Of a DNA stretch of 64,000 bases, positions 28,377 to 43,927 are shown piece after piece. The notes beneath the pieces are model-generated. The model was not told the DNA's origin. It did no database searches and saw only the letters and a list, made by a program, of their open reading frames with translations. Location: NCBI GenBank assembly GCA_964016885.1, contig OZ024742.1, positions 124,434,001 through 124,498,000 of the forward strand, in the 5' to 3' direction. Origin of the DNA: Eledone cirrhosa (Eukaryota). The translations under genes were made by a program, and so were the position numbers. Each line of letters begins with the position of its first letter. The stretch's first letter is position 1.

Positions 28377-28421
28377 AGTCATAGTCCTTTCGTCACACAC
28401 TCTGTGACCTCTTCAGTGACT
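28377..28421 (-). ncRNA. Type I hammerhead ribozyme in the inverted pseudo-LTR
   Basis: Exact reverse complement of 32860-32904. Confidence 0.8.
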
Positions 28422-28632
28422 GGGGCTTCCTTTCTTTGTTTCTGTGCCTTTCCTTCTGTCCTACGCCATTTTGCTTCTGTGTGTGTGTTGTGTGCTCAGT
28501 TTGCGCATGCGCCACATCCGGGTGTCTGTGTGTGTTTGTGTTCATTTATCTATTTGTTTGTTTATTATTTATTTATTTACATGTTGTTGGTTGGTTGTTT
28601 GTTCTATGTGTGTGTGTATTTTCATTTTGTCC

Positions 28633-29127
28633 TTAATTGTAAGTTGTGATGTTGCTGTTCCACTCATATTTTCTATTTAATTTTGGTTGTAATTCTTTTA
28701 TGCTTACTGCCTCTGTAATTTGCCTAAACATTGCATCTTTTCTGTGTGTGGATTCTATTTTTATTTCTATGTTCTCTAATTTACCCCTGTGCTCTATCTT
28801 AACATGTTGGTAGAGCACAGATGATTCTTTATTACCTTGAAGGTCTCGCCAGTGTTCATTTATTCGTTCCCCTATACTACGAGCTGTCTCACCTATGTAC
28901 ACTATATTTTTGTTTCTACATTGTCCTTCAGTACATCTTATGTTATACACTACATTTCTAGTTTTACAGTTAATATGGGGGCTTATTTTACAGGTTATAC
29001 ATTTCTTATCTATACATGAGGGTCTTTGGAACGGGTATGTCTTGCTAATAAGTGTTTTTACGGAGGTACCTGGTCTTTCTACTATCTTAATATTGAGTTT
29101 ATGTTTATTTAGGGCCCTTCTAAACAT
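28633..29127 (-). CDS. Open GIY-YIG endonuclease domain copy inside the inverted pseudo-LTR
   Basis: 164-aa open frame nearly identical to 32114-32647, retaining RINEH where the main copy has RINEQ. There is no evidence it is translated. Confidence 0.45.
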   Translation of the reverse strand: MFRRALNKHKLNIKIVERPGTSVKTLISKTYPFQRPSCIDKKCITCKISPHINCKTRNVVYNIRCTEGQCRNKNIVYIGETARSIGERINEHWRDLQGNKESSVLYQHVKIEHRGKLENIEIKIESTHRKDAMFRQITEAVSIKELQPKLNRKYEWNSNITTYN

Positions 29128-32100
29128 CTCGACAACTATCCTTCATAAAGCTGTGCGCCACTTCCAGAACCTACACCAACACCAACAATACCGACGTTAG
29201 AAGATTACAACTCACCAAAAAACAAGCAGATAGGCTAAAACGAACTTTAATTCTAAACATAAAAAAGAAGATCTATAGAGAATTAAGTCATCAAGAAAAA
29301 CAAAATCGTAACCAAATACAAGAAATAGCTAAAATCACCACACCAACAGAAAAACTAATATTTATAAGCCTTATACGCCCCGAAGAACAGTACATTACTC
29401 AAGAATGTGATAAGCACTTTAACAGGAAACTAAAGTGGCTTAAACAGGCAAAGCTAAAACAGGATACTATAGAATATACCAATAGATATCCTGACAAAAT
29501 TGACGGTATCAACATGGCCGACACCTCATTACCAGAAGAGTTCAACAAAAAAACCACCAACATTTATGGGAACACAAAAATAGATAATGATGAAATGTCT
29601 GTGTTATGTCTGCCGCCCAAATTTGCGACATTCAAGAAGGTAAATATGATTAGTTGTCTGTCGGAAATAGAAAAATCATTTACAAAACTACGCTGGAGCA
29701 TCAAAAACAAAAGCAACAATATACGCACACACATAACAACACACATCCCAACAACAACAGACACACAGACACAAACAACAATAACAACAACACACACATC
29801 AACATCAACAACAACAACAATAGCAACATACCCAGAAACAACAACAACAGACACGCAGACACAAACAACAATAACAACACACACAACAACGATAACACAC
29901 ACGTCAACAACAACAGCACACGTCAACAACTGCACGCATCAACAACAACAACACACACGCATCCAGTGCCTCTCACCACCACCACAATCTTAAAAAACAC
30001 ACAGACACAGAAAACAAGTAATGACAATAGCACAGAAATCAGAGAAATAAGGGAAAGTAATAAGATTGAAAGGAAAAGGAGATGGGAGACTAAGGACAAA
30101 GAGAATAACCAAGACAAACACACAGACACACAAAATAGGGTAGATAACAACATTGAGCCAGTGGAAAGAGACAGGAGTAATTATGAGAGACATAGAAACA
30201 ACCATGAGGCTGTTGGTGGAAATAGAAATAGAAACAACACAACTAACAATAACAATAGCACTAGTACACATAAAGCAGCAGCCTGGAACTCTCCGTTTTA
30301 TAATCCCTCCGATAAATCATTCGACCTGCGACGAGTCCACGCCACGACTTTACCATTTAACAAACTCCCGCAGTTGCCGTCGCAGGTCGATGAACAAACA
30401 GAAGCACAATTTAGTATAGCTAAATCCGAACTTAGAAATATTATAGAACATTATAGCAAGAAGCATAATAGAATAGAGGCCCAGCAACTGGGAGAAAAAT
30501 GGCTTGCGTAAGCTCATGCAGCGCTCGTGTAATGGAGAGATAGCATGCTTTCCAACAGACAAGTCTGGCAGAATGTCGGTTGACAGCCTGCCAAACTACA
30601 TCCAGGCAATGCAACCCCACATCACTAACACAAGAGAGGTAACACCACAGGAGCATGAGGATAGAGAAAAAGCCCTCAATGCCCATATGGTGATGTGGAC
30701 GAATATAATGCAGCCCAACAAAAGGACTGCCAACAACATCCAGGCCTGGAACAATGACGTGCCGGCGTTGTATGGGCTTCGAAAAGACCATAAAACGGGC
30801 TGTGACCCCGTCGCGGGACCACCAACACGGCCAGTCTGTGGAGCTAACATTGCTAGTAACTGCAGACTGTCCTACTTCCTCTCCCTGATCATACGCCCCA
30901 TCATTGAGATGTCCCCAGATGTATGTGACAGCACGGAGGACCTCCTCAGCAGAATCGGAGTGGGTAACCGATCTAGGGACCTAACAAACTGCATAATAGG
31001 CAGTATGGATGTTGTGTCCCTGTATCCATCTATCGACGTGGATTTTGCTGTGGAGAAATGCGTAGAAATGATCAGCGAGAGCAAGGTTGAGTTCCGTGGG
31101 ATTGATACCAGTGAGCTGGGACTTCTACTTAAGCTTACCCATAGTAATAGTACCTAGACATTTATAACCTTATCAACCTGTGCCCTACAAGACCAGCAAG
31201 AGGCAGACCACCTACCATTACCTCAATGGCCAAGAAAACCCACACAGATAGATGGAACGGGTGGACCAGAGCCATACGGACACCCGAAAACCACGATGAA
31301 CTGAAGAAAATGATTGCACATGCGGTAGGGGCCAGCATAAAATTAACCCTTAAGGAACATATGTCCAAATTTAATGGTAAAACATATGCCCAAGAGGAAG
31401 GAGCAGCCATTGGTGTTAGCATTGCAGGCGACATAGCTAACTTATTCATGGTATGGTGGGACAGTAGACTTAAACAAAAACTTAAAGACAGCTTAACCCT
31501 GATAATGTACTCCCGCTACGTAGATGATATAAACATCGTAGTTCAGACACCCCCACTAAAGAACAGTCAGGAACTAGAGAAAAACACAATGGAAAGCATC
31601 CCGCAAATAGCAAACTCCATCCACCAGAGCATTAGAGTTACTATAGACTACCCAAGTAGACACCCCAACTATCGATTACCTGTACTAGACACAGAGCTCT
31701 GGTTAGATACCATTAACAACCAAAAACAAATCCTCCATTCCCATTACGCCAAACCCATGACTTCCAAACATCTGATCCACCGAAACTCGGCCATTTCGGA
31801 CCATACCAAAATCAACATACTGATTGCGGATTTGGTACGGGTGATGAGAAATGTGTCCCGCATGTGCAACCCCGAAGAACTAGAGAGACACATACAACAC
31901 TCCATCCACCGTATGCAGTTCTCTGCCTACAATCAGAGAGATAGAATCAGAGTGTATAGAGGAGCCAGAACCAAATGGGAAAAAATGGTAAATAATGACA
32001 TAAATGGGACCTGCCCCTTGTATAGGAGCAAATTTTAGAATAGAATAGAAAGAACTAGGAACAAGGCCAATAGAATAAACTCATGGTATGATAGCAATAA

Positions 32101-32647
32101 ATACCAGAGTGTTATGTTCATCAATACAACCCCTAGAGGCGAACTAGCCTACAAATTTAGAAGGGCCCTAAATAAACATAAACTCAATATTAAGATAGTA
32201 GAAAGACCAGGTACCTCCGTAAAAACACTTATTAGCAAGACATACCCGTTCCAAAGACCCTCATGTATAGATAAGAAATGTATAACCTGTAAAATAAGCC
32301 CCCATATTAACTGTAAAACTAGAAATGTAGTGTATAGCATAAGATGTACTGAAGGACAATGTAGAAACAAAAATATAGTGTACATAGGTGAGACAGCTCG
32401 TAGTATAGGGGAACGAATAAATGAACAATGGCGAGACCTTCAAGGTAATAAAGAATCATCTGTGCTCTACCAACATGCTAAGATAGAGCACAGGGGTAAA
32501 TTAGAGAACATAGAAATAAAAATAGAATCCACACACAGAAAAGATGCAATGTTTAGGCAAATTACAGAGGCAGTAAGCATAAAAGAATTACAACCAAAAT
32601 TAAATAGAAAATATGAGTGGAACAGCAACATCACAACTTACAATTAA
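29128..32647 (+). pseudogene. PLE ORF (RT plus GIY-YIG), 5'-truncated and disrupted
   Basis: LCLPPKFA, PTDKSGR, LYGLRKDHK, RPVCGA, GSMDVVSLYPSI, QEEGAAIG, YSRYVDDI, PVLDTELW, HYAKPM, NVVYSIRC..YIGETARSIGER, RQITEAVSI, LNRKYEW. There is a frameshift near 31150, a TGG>TAG stop at 32036-32038 and an (ACA)n-rich insert at 29705-30260. Confidence 0.9.
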
Positions 32648-32859
32648 GGACAAAATGAAAATACACACACACATAGAACAAACAACCAACCAACAACATG
32701 TAAATAAATAAATAAATAAACAAACAAATAGATAAATGAACACAAACACACACAGACACCCGGATGTGGCGCATGCGCAAACTGAGCACACAACACACAC
32801 ACAGAAACAAAATGGCGTAGGACAGAAGGAAAGGCACAGAAACACAGAGAGGAATCCCC

Positions 32860-32904
32860 AGTCACTGAAGAGGTCACAGAGTGTGTGACGAAAGGACTAT
32901 GACT
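32860..32904 (+). ncRNA. Type I hammerhead ribozyme in the 3' pseudo-LTR
   Basis: agtca CTGAAGA g gtcac-agagtgt-gtgac GAAA g-ga-c TA tgact. It has 5-bp stems I and II, a very short stem III and a CUA triplet. Confidence 0.8.
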
Positions 32905-33126
32905 ATATATAAACAACTATCTGGTTGTAGAACCAACCAACCATCCAGAAATTTATAAGTTTGTAGATTTGTAAATTTATGAATTTATAAATATATAATA
33001 AATTGAAGTGAAAGCAACTGGTGCGTGTGTTTCTTATTGGCAACATGACCCTCCCAAAGTATAACAATATCGGTTTCAACACACGATTTCAGATAAAGAA
33101 TCTTGCTAAACAAATTCAGAAACGAA

Positions 33127-33253
<127 letters not shown>

Positions 33254-33755
33254 AGAGAGCGTGTTTGTGTATGCGTGCGTGTGTCTGTGTGTGTATGTGT
33301 GTATGTGTGCCTGTGTGCGTATGTATATGTATGTGAGTATATGTGTGTATGTGTGCGTGTGTGTGTGTGACTGAATGAATATATATTTTGTTTTCTCAAA
33401 AATAAAATTAAGTTCTTTCCAGAGTTGTCTGAAACGTTCAGGCTCTTTACTTATTTATACTAAGCGTTAAACTAATATATTTCTTCAATGTTCTGTGTTG
33501 TTTGCTTTGTTATTTCTGTTTACATTTGGCACACAGGCACACACACACACACACACATACAGACATACACACACGCACACACACACACACACACGCACAC
33601 ACACATACACACACACACACATACACACACACACATATATATACATATATATAGAGAGAGAGAGGGAGGGAGAGAAAGAGACAGCATTGCTAAGTATTTA
33701 AAAGTTTGCTTTCCAATTAATGGATTCCGCTTTCGATCCCACTTTTTCAAGTATC

Positions 33756-34523
<768 letters not shown>

Positions 34524-34619
34524 GTAGGAGGTGAGTTTTATTGTAGTACAATAAAGCAATGCAGATATCGGATAAGAAGCACTCTACAGTTTGTAGGACT
34601 GGAGTATGCTTTTGATCTC

Positions 34620-34667
<48 letters not shown>

Positions 34668-36201
34668 TGTGTGTGTGGAAAGAGAGATTTTTCTGTAGGC
34701 TCTATACGTTTTTTTGGTGGAATCTGTATATTCAAAAAGAGATCGATGTTTCAGCTCAGCATATTTTATTCGTAATCACGTTTAACAGGTGTTTGACAAT
34801 TGAACGCCTCGAATCATTAATCGGTTACAATCAACTCCTTTCTAGGGCCATGCGAAACTTCAGTGCGTATATGCATATATATATGTGTAGAAATAGTAAT
34901 TAAATGTTATGTGATATATATATTCATATCAGAGTTTTCTTTAAAATAATAATATCATTTAAAATCATTTTTAATCATTTTGTAAGGAAATTCAATTACA
35001 AATGTTTATGTATAAAAGAGAAATATGTGATTGACTGAATGAAAAATAATTGCTAACATAATTGCTAACTATACTAGTTTTTCTTCTAGTTTATAAATTT
35101 GATAAATAAGTTTCAATAATAAAATAGACCCACGCAATGTGACGAAGATGAATAAATATTCCATATAAGATAAGTTTCTAATCAACATGATTGTATTAAG
35201 TTTTAATGAATGTATTTTATATTTAGAATATTTATTTCATGTCTCTCAAGACAATGTGTAATCGGTGAGTTTTTACTAAATTGTCTTCATGGCGTTGTAT
35301 TAGGAGTATCGGTAGAGCGATCGACAATGCTTTGCGGCATAGATGTACATCCCTTTCCCGTTTATAATTACAGGGCTGGTAAAACAAAATACCAGTAACG
35401 CCAGGGAATCAATGTAATCGACTTCATTCTGCCTAAATCAGAAACCATCATCTTATCATTTCCAAATATATATTTCTCCTATATTTAGATAAGGTAATGT
35501 CATCATTTTAAGAACATTCAATGTTGTTATTTGTAGACTGCGAAAATTCCAACGATATTCTGTTAAAACAGAGCGAGACGTAGTTTCATTTTCATACGCG
35601 GCTTCTTCAATGATCTACATATATATTTCACCTGTAGAAAACCTCTTAGTGGTATAGATCGTACATCGCTTGATTAAGTTGCATAGTTTCATGACTCTAT
35701 TAGGAAGCGATTGACATCAGTATTCCGGTCGCAAATATATTATTCATAAAGATATCACAAAATAATATTACAGGATAGTCAAACATTGTATATTTTCAGA
35801 AGTGAAAACTTAATAATTCAGCCAATAATTTGATAGACTAGGTGACTAGTTTATCATTATGATAGTAGTAGAGTAATTCTGTCAAAATATAGTTACAGGG
35901 ATAATTTTTTAAAGTAAAATATATTGCCCGGTTTAAAGGTTACAGGTGAAAACGTATTTTATGTGGTTCTCTCAGTCTCAGAAGATCGACTTGAATAATA
36001 CTATTTTAAACTATTTAAATGTACATTAATCGGTTAGTTTCGAATGGTAATAATTTGGACTTAATAGAATTATTGAGTGATTGAGTAATCGACCAAAGAT
36101 GTCTCCATTCTAATCGATAAGCTTGCTTCGTTCCAAAGGTATCTATATAATACTCGCACGCACGCACACACACACACAACGCACACGCACACACACACAC
36201 A

Positions 36202-36253
<52 letters not shown>

Positions 36254-36790
36254 CACACACACACACACACATCAATAGAGCTCAGCTGTAGAGGTGCCAA
36301 CTCTTTCATGTATATATATTCATTTACTATATATATATATATATATATTTATCCGAAATATTTATAACTGTCGACCACACTTTTCACGCCAATTGGAGGA
36401 CGCTAGCATGTTGTTAGTAGTTTTAGAATTGCAACACGTGCGACGGGTCACTCGCAGATTTGCATTTGATGTGTAAACACAGATAGTTATTTCTTCCCCC
36501 TTGCTGAAGATCCAATAAATGACTAATGTGACTTTACGGATTATTGGCGAAATATATTTCTTTAATTAAATATAAACAAGGAGTATTAATCATGTTTTAA
36601 AAGGTAATATTTGAAGCTCTAACTAAACTTTAATTATTTACCTACCTAGCTATGTGTGATTACACACTTTACAAATTATCCCCTGTGATTGTTTCATGTG
36701 TTTATTTTAAATATATATATGTCAATCAATTTATAGTTGATATTTATATTTATATATATATAAAAGAAAATTTCGCTCTACATGGCTGAA

Positions 36791-37370
36791 TACAATAAAT
36801 ATAATGAGTTTTTCGAATATTAATAATAACATTCGATTTGTTTGCAATTTTACAAACAAGCCTTAATTTGATAGCCATGTCAGCAGAATGAAAACTTCAT
36901 TCTTGCTCTTGTGTTGGCATGGGAGCAGAACTGCACACACTAATATTTCTGGGTAGAAGTACAGCTCACTATTCACCTGCCAAACTGTCAGAGCTAGTGA
37001 AAATATATGCTATTTTAAAATATACACAGTGACTGATCGACGTTATCAGTGGATCTGGTAATACGCAGATCTGACAGATCACCCAGTCTGCAATATGCAA
37101 ATCAGAAGATCAGTCACTGTGTATTTTTGAAAATAGCATATATGTTCACTAGCTCTGACAGTTTGACAGGTGAACAGTGGTGAGCTGTACTGATGAAGGG
37201 TGATACCCAGAAGCATTAGTGTTTGCAGTTCTGTTCGCATGCCAACACAAGGGCAAGAAAGAAGTGTTCATTCTACTGACATGGCTATAAAATTGAGGCT
37301 TGTTCATACAATTCCAAACGAATCGAATATTATTATTAATATTCGAAAAACCCAGATTATAGTTATTATA
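36791..37370. repeat. Fold-back / MITE-like inverted repeat (~250-bp arms, ~70-bp spacer)
   Basis: 36791-37038 pairs with 37108-37370, for example acacagtgactgatc / gatcagtcactgtgt and ctgtcagagctagtgaa / ttcactagctctgacag. Confidence 0.85.
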
Positions 37371-37378
37371 TATATATG

Positions 37379-37452
<74 letters not shown>

Positions 37453-37623
37453 TTGCAAGATTTTTTGATAAGAAATGGTGTGTCGAAACAAATCACAGAA
37501 GCAACTGAGATAGAACTAAGGAGACCGAAGTTGAACAGAAAGATCGAATGGAATAAGAAAAAAAACCATACCCAAACAAACAATACCGACTTAAGAGAAA
37601 TGAACAAATAAATAAATAAATAA

Positions 37624-37677
<54 letters not shown>

Positions 37678-37850
37678 ACACAGTAGTGAACAAATATAGA
37701 ATACGAAAACAAAAACACATACACTCAAACACGAAGACGCCCACCATACATTAAACAGTCAAACGCATACGCAGAGACAAGTGTAAATAAATAAATTAAT
37801 TAAATAGAAGTTGCGTAAACTTTACAGTAAAATGGGAGGAAACATAATAG

Positions 37851-37894
37851 TACCACTGATGATGTCGCAGATGTGTGACGAAAGAACTTTGATA
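37851..37894 (+). ncRNA. Type I hammerhead ribozyme in a short module between (TA)n tracts
   Basis: tacca CTGATGA t gtcgca-gatg-tgtgac GAAA g-aa-c TT tgata. Stem II is 6 bp and stem I has one mismatch. The architecture matches 32860-32904. Confidence 0.7.
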
Positions 37895-37897
37895 GAG

Positions 37898-37936
<39 letters not shown>

Positions 37937-38105
37937 TTGTATTTCTAACCGTTGTGACATTCATTGTTTGCCAAATAAATTAACTATGGACATATAAACA
38001 AATACAGAAGCGAAAACCAACCGAAAACAAACAGTGAGTGTATTCTGTTATTATTTCTGATAATACGACCCCCCCCCTGACCACCACCAAGTATAAACAA
38101 TATAT

Positions 38106-39879
38106 CACACTTATCAGCAGAAACTACCCACCATCCCACACAACAGAAAATAATGAGAAACCTAAAATCCCTAACAACCCTTTACAAAGAAGGCCATACC
38201 GACAAGGAATACAACCACATCGCCAATTTCAAAAGCAGTACCAGCCTCTTCTACGGTATCCCAAAGACACACAAAAGCGAAGTAATAGGCAGGGCCTGCA
38301 AGCAAGCTACAGATATTTACATCAATATACCCGCTTCTGATGACCTTAAATTAAGACCCATAATAGCAGGTACCACATGTGAAACCCACCGGCTAAGCAA
38401 CTTCCTAGATATTCTGTTTAAACCTTTCCTAAAATAAATAAAAAAACTTCATAAGGGACGACCTTGACATGCTCAACCATCTCGCAACAACACTTAATAA
38501 TGAACATACCATACTAGTAACCTTTGATGTTATCAATCTGTATTCCAATATTCCACACAACCTAGGTATAGAGGCAATACAATTCTGGCTTGAACATTAC
38601 CCTAGAGATCTTCCACAGCGAATCCCTAAAGAATTTGTGTTGGAGGGACTGGAATTCATCTTGGAAAACAACTTCTTCGAATTCGATTCCGAATACTACA
38701 GACAGAAATCTGGGACAGCCACGGGCACGAAAGTTGTTTCCTCATACGCCAACCTTGTCATGGGATATTTGGAAACCACTCTCTACAGCAAAGTCCTAGA
38801 CAAATACGGTAACCACTTCTACCTACACATAGAAAAAAAAACTGGAAGAGATATCTGGACGACTGCTTCATCCTCTGGCATGAAAGTATAGAAAGACTGA
38901 TTGAGTTTAAAACCCTTCTAAATGGACTCAACACAAACTTACAATTTACAATGTATTACAGCCATGAACAACTCCGTTTCCTAGACAACCACATCAAGAA
39001 AACAAACAACAAAATAGAAACAGACATATACTACAAACCCACAAACTCCAAACAATATCTTCCATTTAACTCGTGCCATCCTCGCCATGCCAAAATGGCA
39101 ATTCCTTATAATCTAGCCAGAAGGATCTGCACAATAATTTCAGATAAATACACATGCTACAAACGACTAGAAGAATTAAAGAACACACTTATCAGCAGAA
39201 ACTACCCACCATCCCTAATCAACAATGGATTCCAACGGGCCCTAAAACTCATCATCCAGGAACTCAGACACCTCAAACACAGGAATGAAACGCAACAGAA
39301 AACTCTAGCATACATCTCTACACACAACCCCCCTCAACAATGAGGCATTCGACACCATCCTCCAGAACATTCATTTACTAAAAAGAGACCCAAGAATGAA
39401 CAAATTCCTCCAAACACACATCATAAGGAGCAAAAGACAACCTAAATCCATAAAAAAACATCCTTACAATGAACCCTACAGTAAATAAATGTGGAAGGCC
39501 CAACAATGGTATATGCATAAATCTAATAGAAGGTTCAACTATCCATTTTAAAGAAGGACATTTCACAGTTAAATACAAATTTACATGTGCATCTGAAAAC
39601 CTAATCTATGTTTTGACCTGCTCAGGTTGTCGAGGGCACTACATAGGACAGACAAAAAACAGCCTCCGACAACGTATGACCGTTCATAGATCATAAATCA
39701 AAATACAGGAATACAGAAAGATTGCTTTTAGTGAACATATCGCTAATTGCACACCTAACCAACATCCAAACTTAAAAATTTTCCCCATTTACAAATTCAT
39801 AGACAACGCTTCTTTCACCCATCGTACCAATTATGAAAAGTACTTCATTAACAAATTCCAACCTCTGCTAATGGATTAA
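38106..39879 (+). pseudogene. Penelope-like element (Neptune-like) RT plus GIY-YIG, 5'-truncated and disrupted
   Basis: FYGIPKTHK, LRPIIAG, TFDVINLYSNIPH, RQKSGTATGT, WKRYLDDCF (shifted frame), FLD, YYKPTNSKQYL..SCHP, CASENLIYVLTCSGC..YIGQTKNSLRQRM. Confidence 0.88.
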
Positions 39880-40545
39880 ACTAAAACTGGAACGAACAAG
39901 GAACCAAAGCCCGATGCCTATGTTCTCTAATGAGTTACCTCACTAACACCCTACCTAATCCTTTTTCTTATATAAATGAATTACCCCTCTCTCATTTCTC
40001 TCTCCCCTACCTGACCACCTTGAATTACCCCCCCCCCGGCATATTACATCTCTAAAAAGGGAAATGGTATCAAACGCCAGACTACCATTTGCCTCCATTA
40101 TGGACCAACCAAGAGCTCTTGCCATAGTAACACATTTTGAACTGCTTATCCTCAAGAACTATGCCTGTAAATAATGTTCTTTCTTTCCCATCACCCCCTT
40201 TTTTCTTTTTTTTCTTTTTTTCTTTTTACTTCAAAAACCTTATTTGTAAATAATATTATTCGTTCTTTCCCATTTCCTTAACATGTTCAACATCACATTA
40301 TTTTCTCTCCAACATTTTAAACCTATACAAATTCCCTCCTTTGATAATGCATAAAATATTATTAAATATATAAATAAATAAATGCCCTTGTTAATTAATA
40401 GATAAATTAACTAATACCTTAACACTTCACACAAAGTAAAATATTTTGTTTTAAATATTTTATAACCCAGAAAAAAGAGAAAAATATAAAAAGAAAAAAT
40501 ATACTTTTCTTCCTAATAATCGTCGTTTTCTCCTATGTTCATATA

Positions 40546-40807
<262 letters not shown>

Positions 40808-40834
40808 CTATATGGGTTGGTGTGTGTGTGTGTA

Positions 40835-40885
<51 letters not shown>

Positions 40886-40895
40886 ATTTCTTCTC

Positions 40896-42217
<1,322 letters not shown>

Positions 42218-42364
42218 ATATATATATATATAGTTGTGTATAATGGTAGCTATGGTGCTTCCATAGGCGGTATGCCAAAATTAGCACTCAATATTCATCA
42301 GAGTAGAGTGTAGATAGTATAAAGAAAACGAAAAATCAGTGATGCATCTGGACTTAATTTATTG

Positions 42365-42455
42365 CGTGTTACAATTGTTTCTCCGGCAGGTTGCTCGAGA
42401 CATGGTCCTTGTATGGATCTGGCTGATTCTACATCTGCAGGTTCTTTCAGACACG
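42365..42455 (-). ncRNA. Hammerhead ribozyme-like motif with a long stem II and one extra core A
   Basis: Minus strand cgtgt CTGAAAGA a-cctgcag...ctgccgg-a GAAA caattg TA acacg, with palindromic stem III ACAATTGT. Confidence 0.6.
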
Positions 42456-42502
42456 AGTATTTCGTTTGGAGGAAATGTTATCACTATATATATATATATA
42501 TA

Positions 42503-43756
42503 TATATTAAGTGTATTGAGTTCAAAACTCAAGCATTCCTTTACAATGAAATAGCTCAAAGAAAAAAATATTTCTGAGCCGTGTAATAAATATAAATTAA
42601 TATATATGATGAAACACAAATACCAACATATCTGTGTTTATATTGTAAAAGAAATTAAGTTAGCTAGAATGAAATATACTAATTATAATAATACAGCTTG
42701 CCTATATCGATTTAAAATAATAAATCAACAAAAACAAACAGTATTGGCAAATGGCCATGGTGTTTAGACAAATTTAAATTTCAAAATCAAACCTGTTCCG
42801 TAGATAAGTTTAAATATACGGCTGTTATTTCTAGCAGTACGAGTATGATGCTGGCTAGAAACTGTAAAACCATGTGCATTAAACAGTCTTTTAAAATATT
42901 TAGAAGTGAAGCATATCAATTTGTTCTGGGTGTTTACTGATGAGAGCTGGACAAGATATCCTTACACTTATTTATCTCGAAACATATTTGGATTTTAAAG
43001 TTTAAACCTATCTACGGAACAGGTTTGATTTTGAAATTTAAATTTGTCTAAACACCATGGCCATTTGCCAATACTGTTTGTTTTTGTTGATTTATTATTT
43101 TAAATCGACATAGGCAAGCTGTAATATGATAATTAGTATATTTCATTCTAGCTAACTTAATTTCTTTTACAATATAAACACAGATATGTTGGTATTTGCG
43201 TTTCATCATATATATTAATTTATATTTATTACACGGCTCAGAAATATTTTTTTTTCTTTGAGCTATTTCATTGTAAATGAATGATTGAGTTTTGAACTCA
43301 ATACACTTAATATAATTGCTTCTTAGGTTGAGCTGATAGTAGCCCCATATATACGGCTGTTATTTCTAGCAGTACGAGTATGAGGCTGGCTAGAAACTGT
43401 AAAACCATGTGCGTTAAACAGTATTTTAAAATATTTAGAAGTGAAGCATATCAATTTGTTCTGGGTGTTTACTGATGAGAGTTGGACAAGATATCCTTAC
43501 ACTTATTTATCTCGAAACATATTTGGATTTTAAAGTTTAAACTTATCTACGGAACAGGTTTGATTTTGAAATTTAAATGTTTCTAAACACCATGGCCATT
43601 TGCCAATACTGTTTGTTTTTGTTGATTTATTATTTTAAATCGATATAGGCAAGCTGTAATATTATAATTAGTATATTTCATTCTAGCTAACTTAATTTCT
43701 TTTACAATATAAACACAGATATGTTGGTATTTGTGTTTCATCATATATATTAATTT
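42503..43756. mobile_element. ORF-less tandem (535-bp period) plus inverted-arm element with two HHR-like cores
   Basis: Units start at 42814 and 43349. 42503-42813 is an inverted copy of 43001-43314. CTGATGA gag...ctc GAAA occurs at 42937 and 43472, and both ends are (TA)n. Confidence 0.8.
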
Positions 43757-43815
43757 TTATATATATATATATATAGTAATAGTAACAAATGTGAAGACTA
43801 ATACCGGTAAAGGAT

Positions 43816-43847
<32 letters not shown>

Positions 43848-43891
43848 AAGTGTCAGAAACCCTATGGCTGAGCTCCGGCCGTTTCGACACA

Positions 43892-43927
<36 letters not shown>

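Larger units (their letters stand above)
28211..33070 (+). mobile_element. Penelope-like element with ~915-bp inverted terminal repeats (inverted pseudo-LTR)
   Basis: 28211-29124 is the reverse complement of 32156-33070 with few substitutions. The repeats enclose an RT plus GIY-YIG ORF, and the element sits in (TA)n. Confidence 0.92.
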
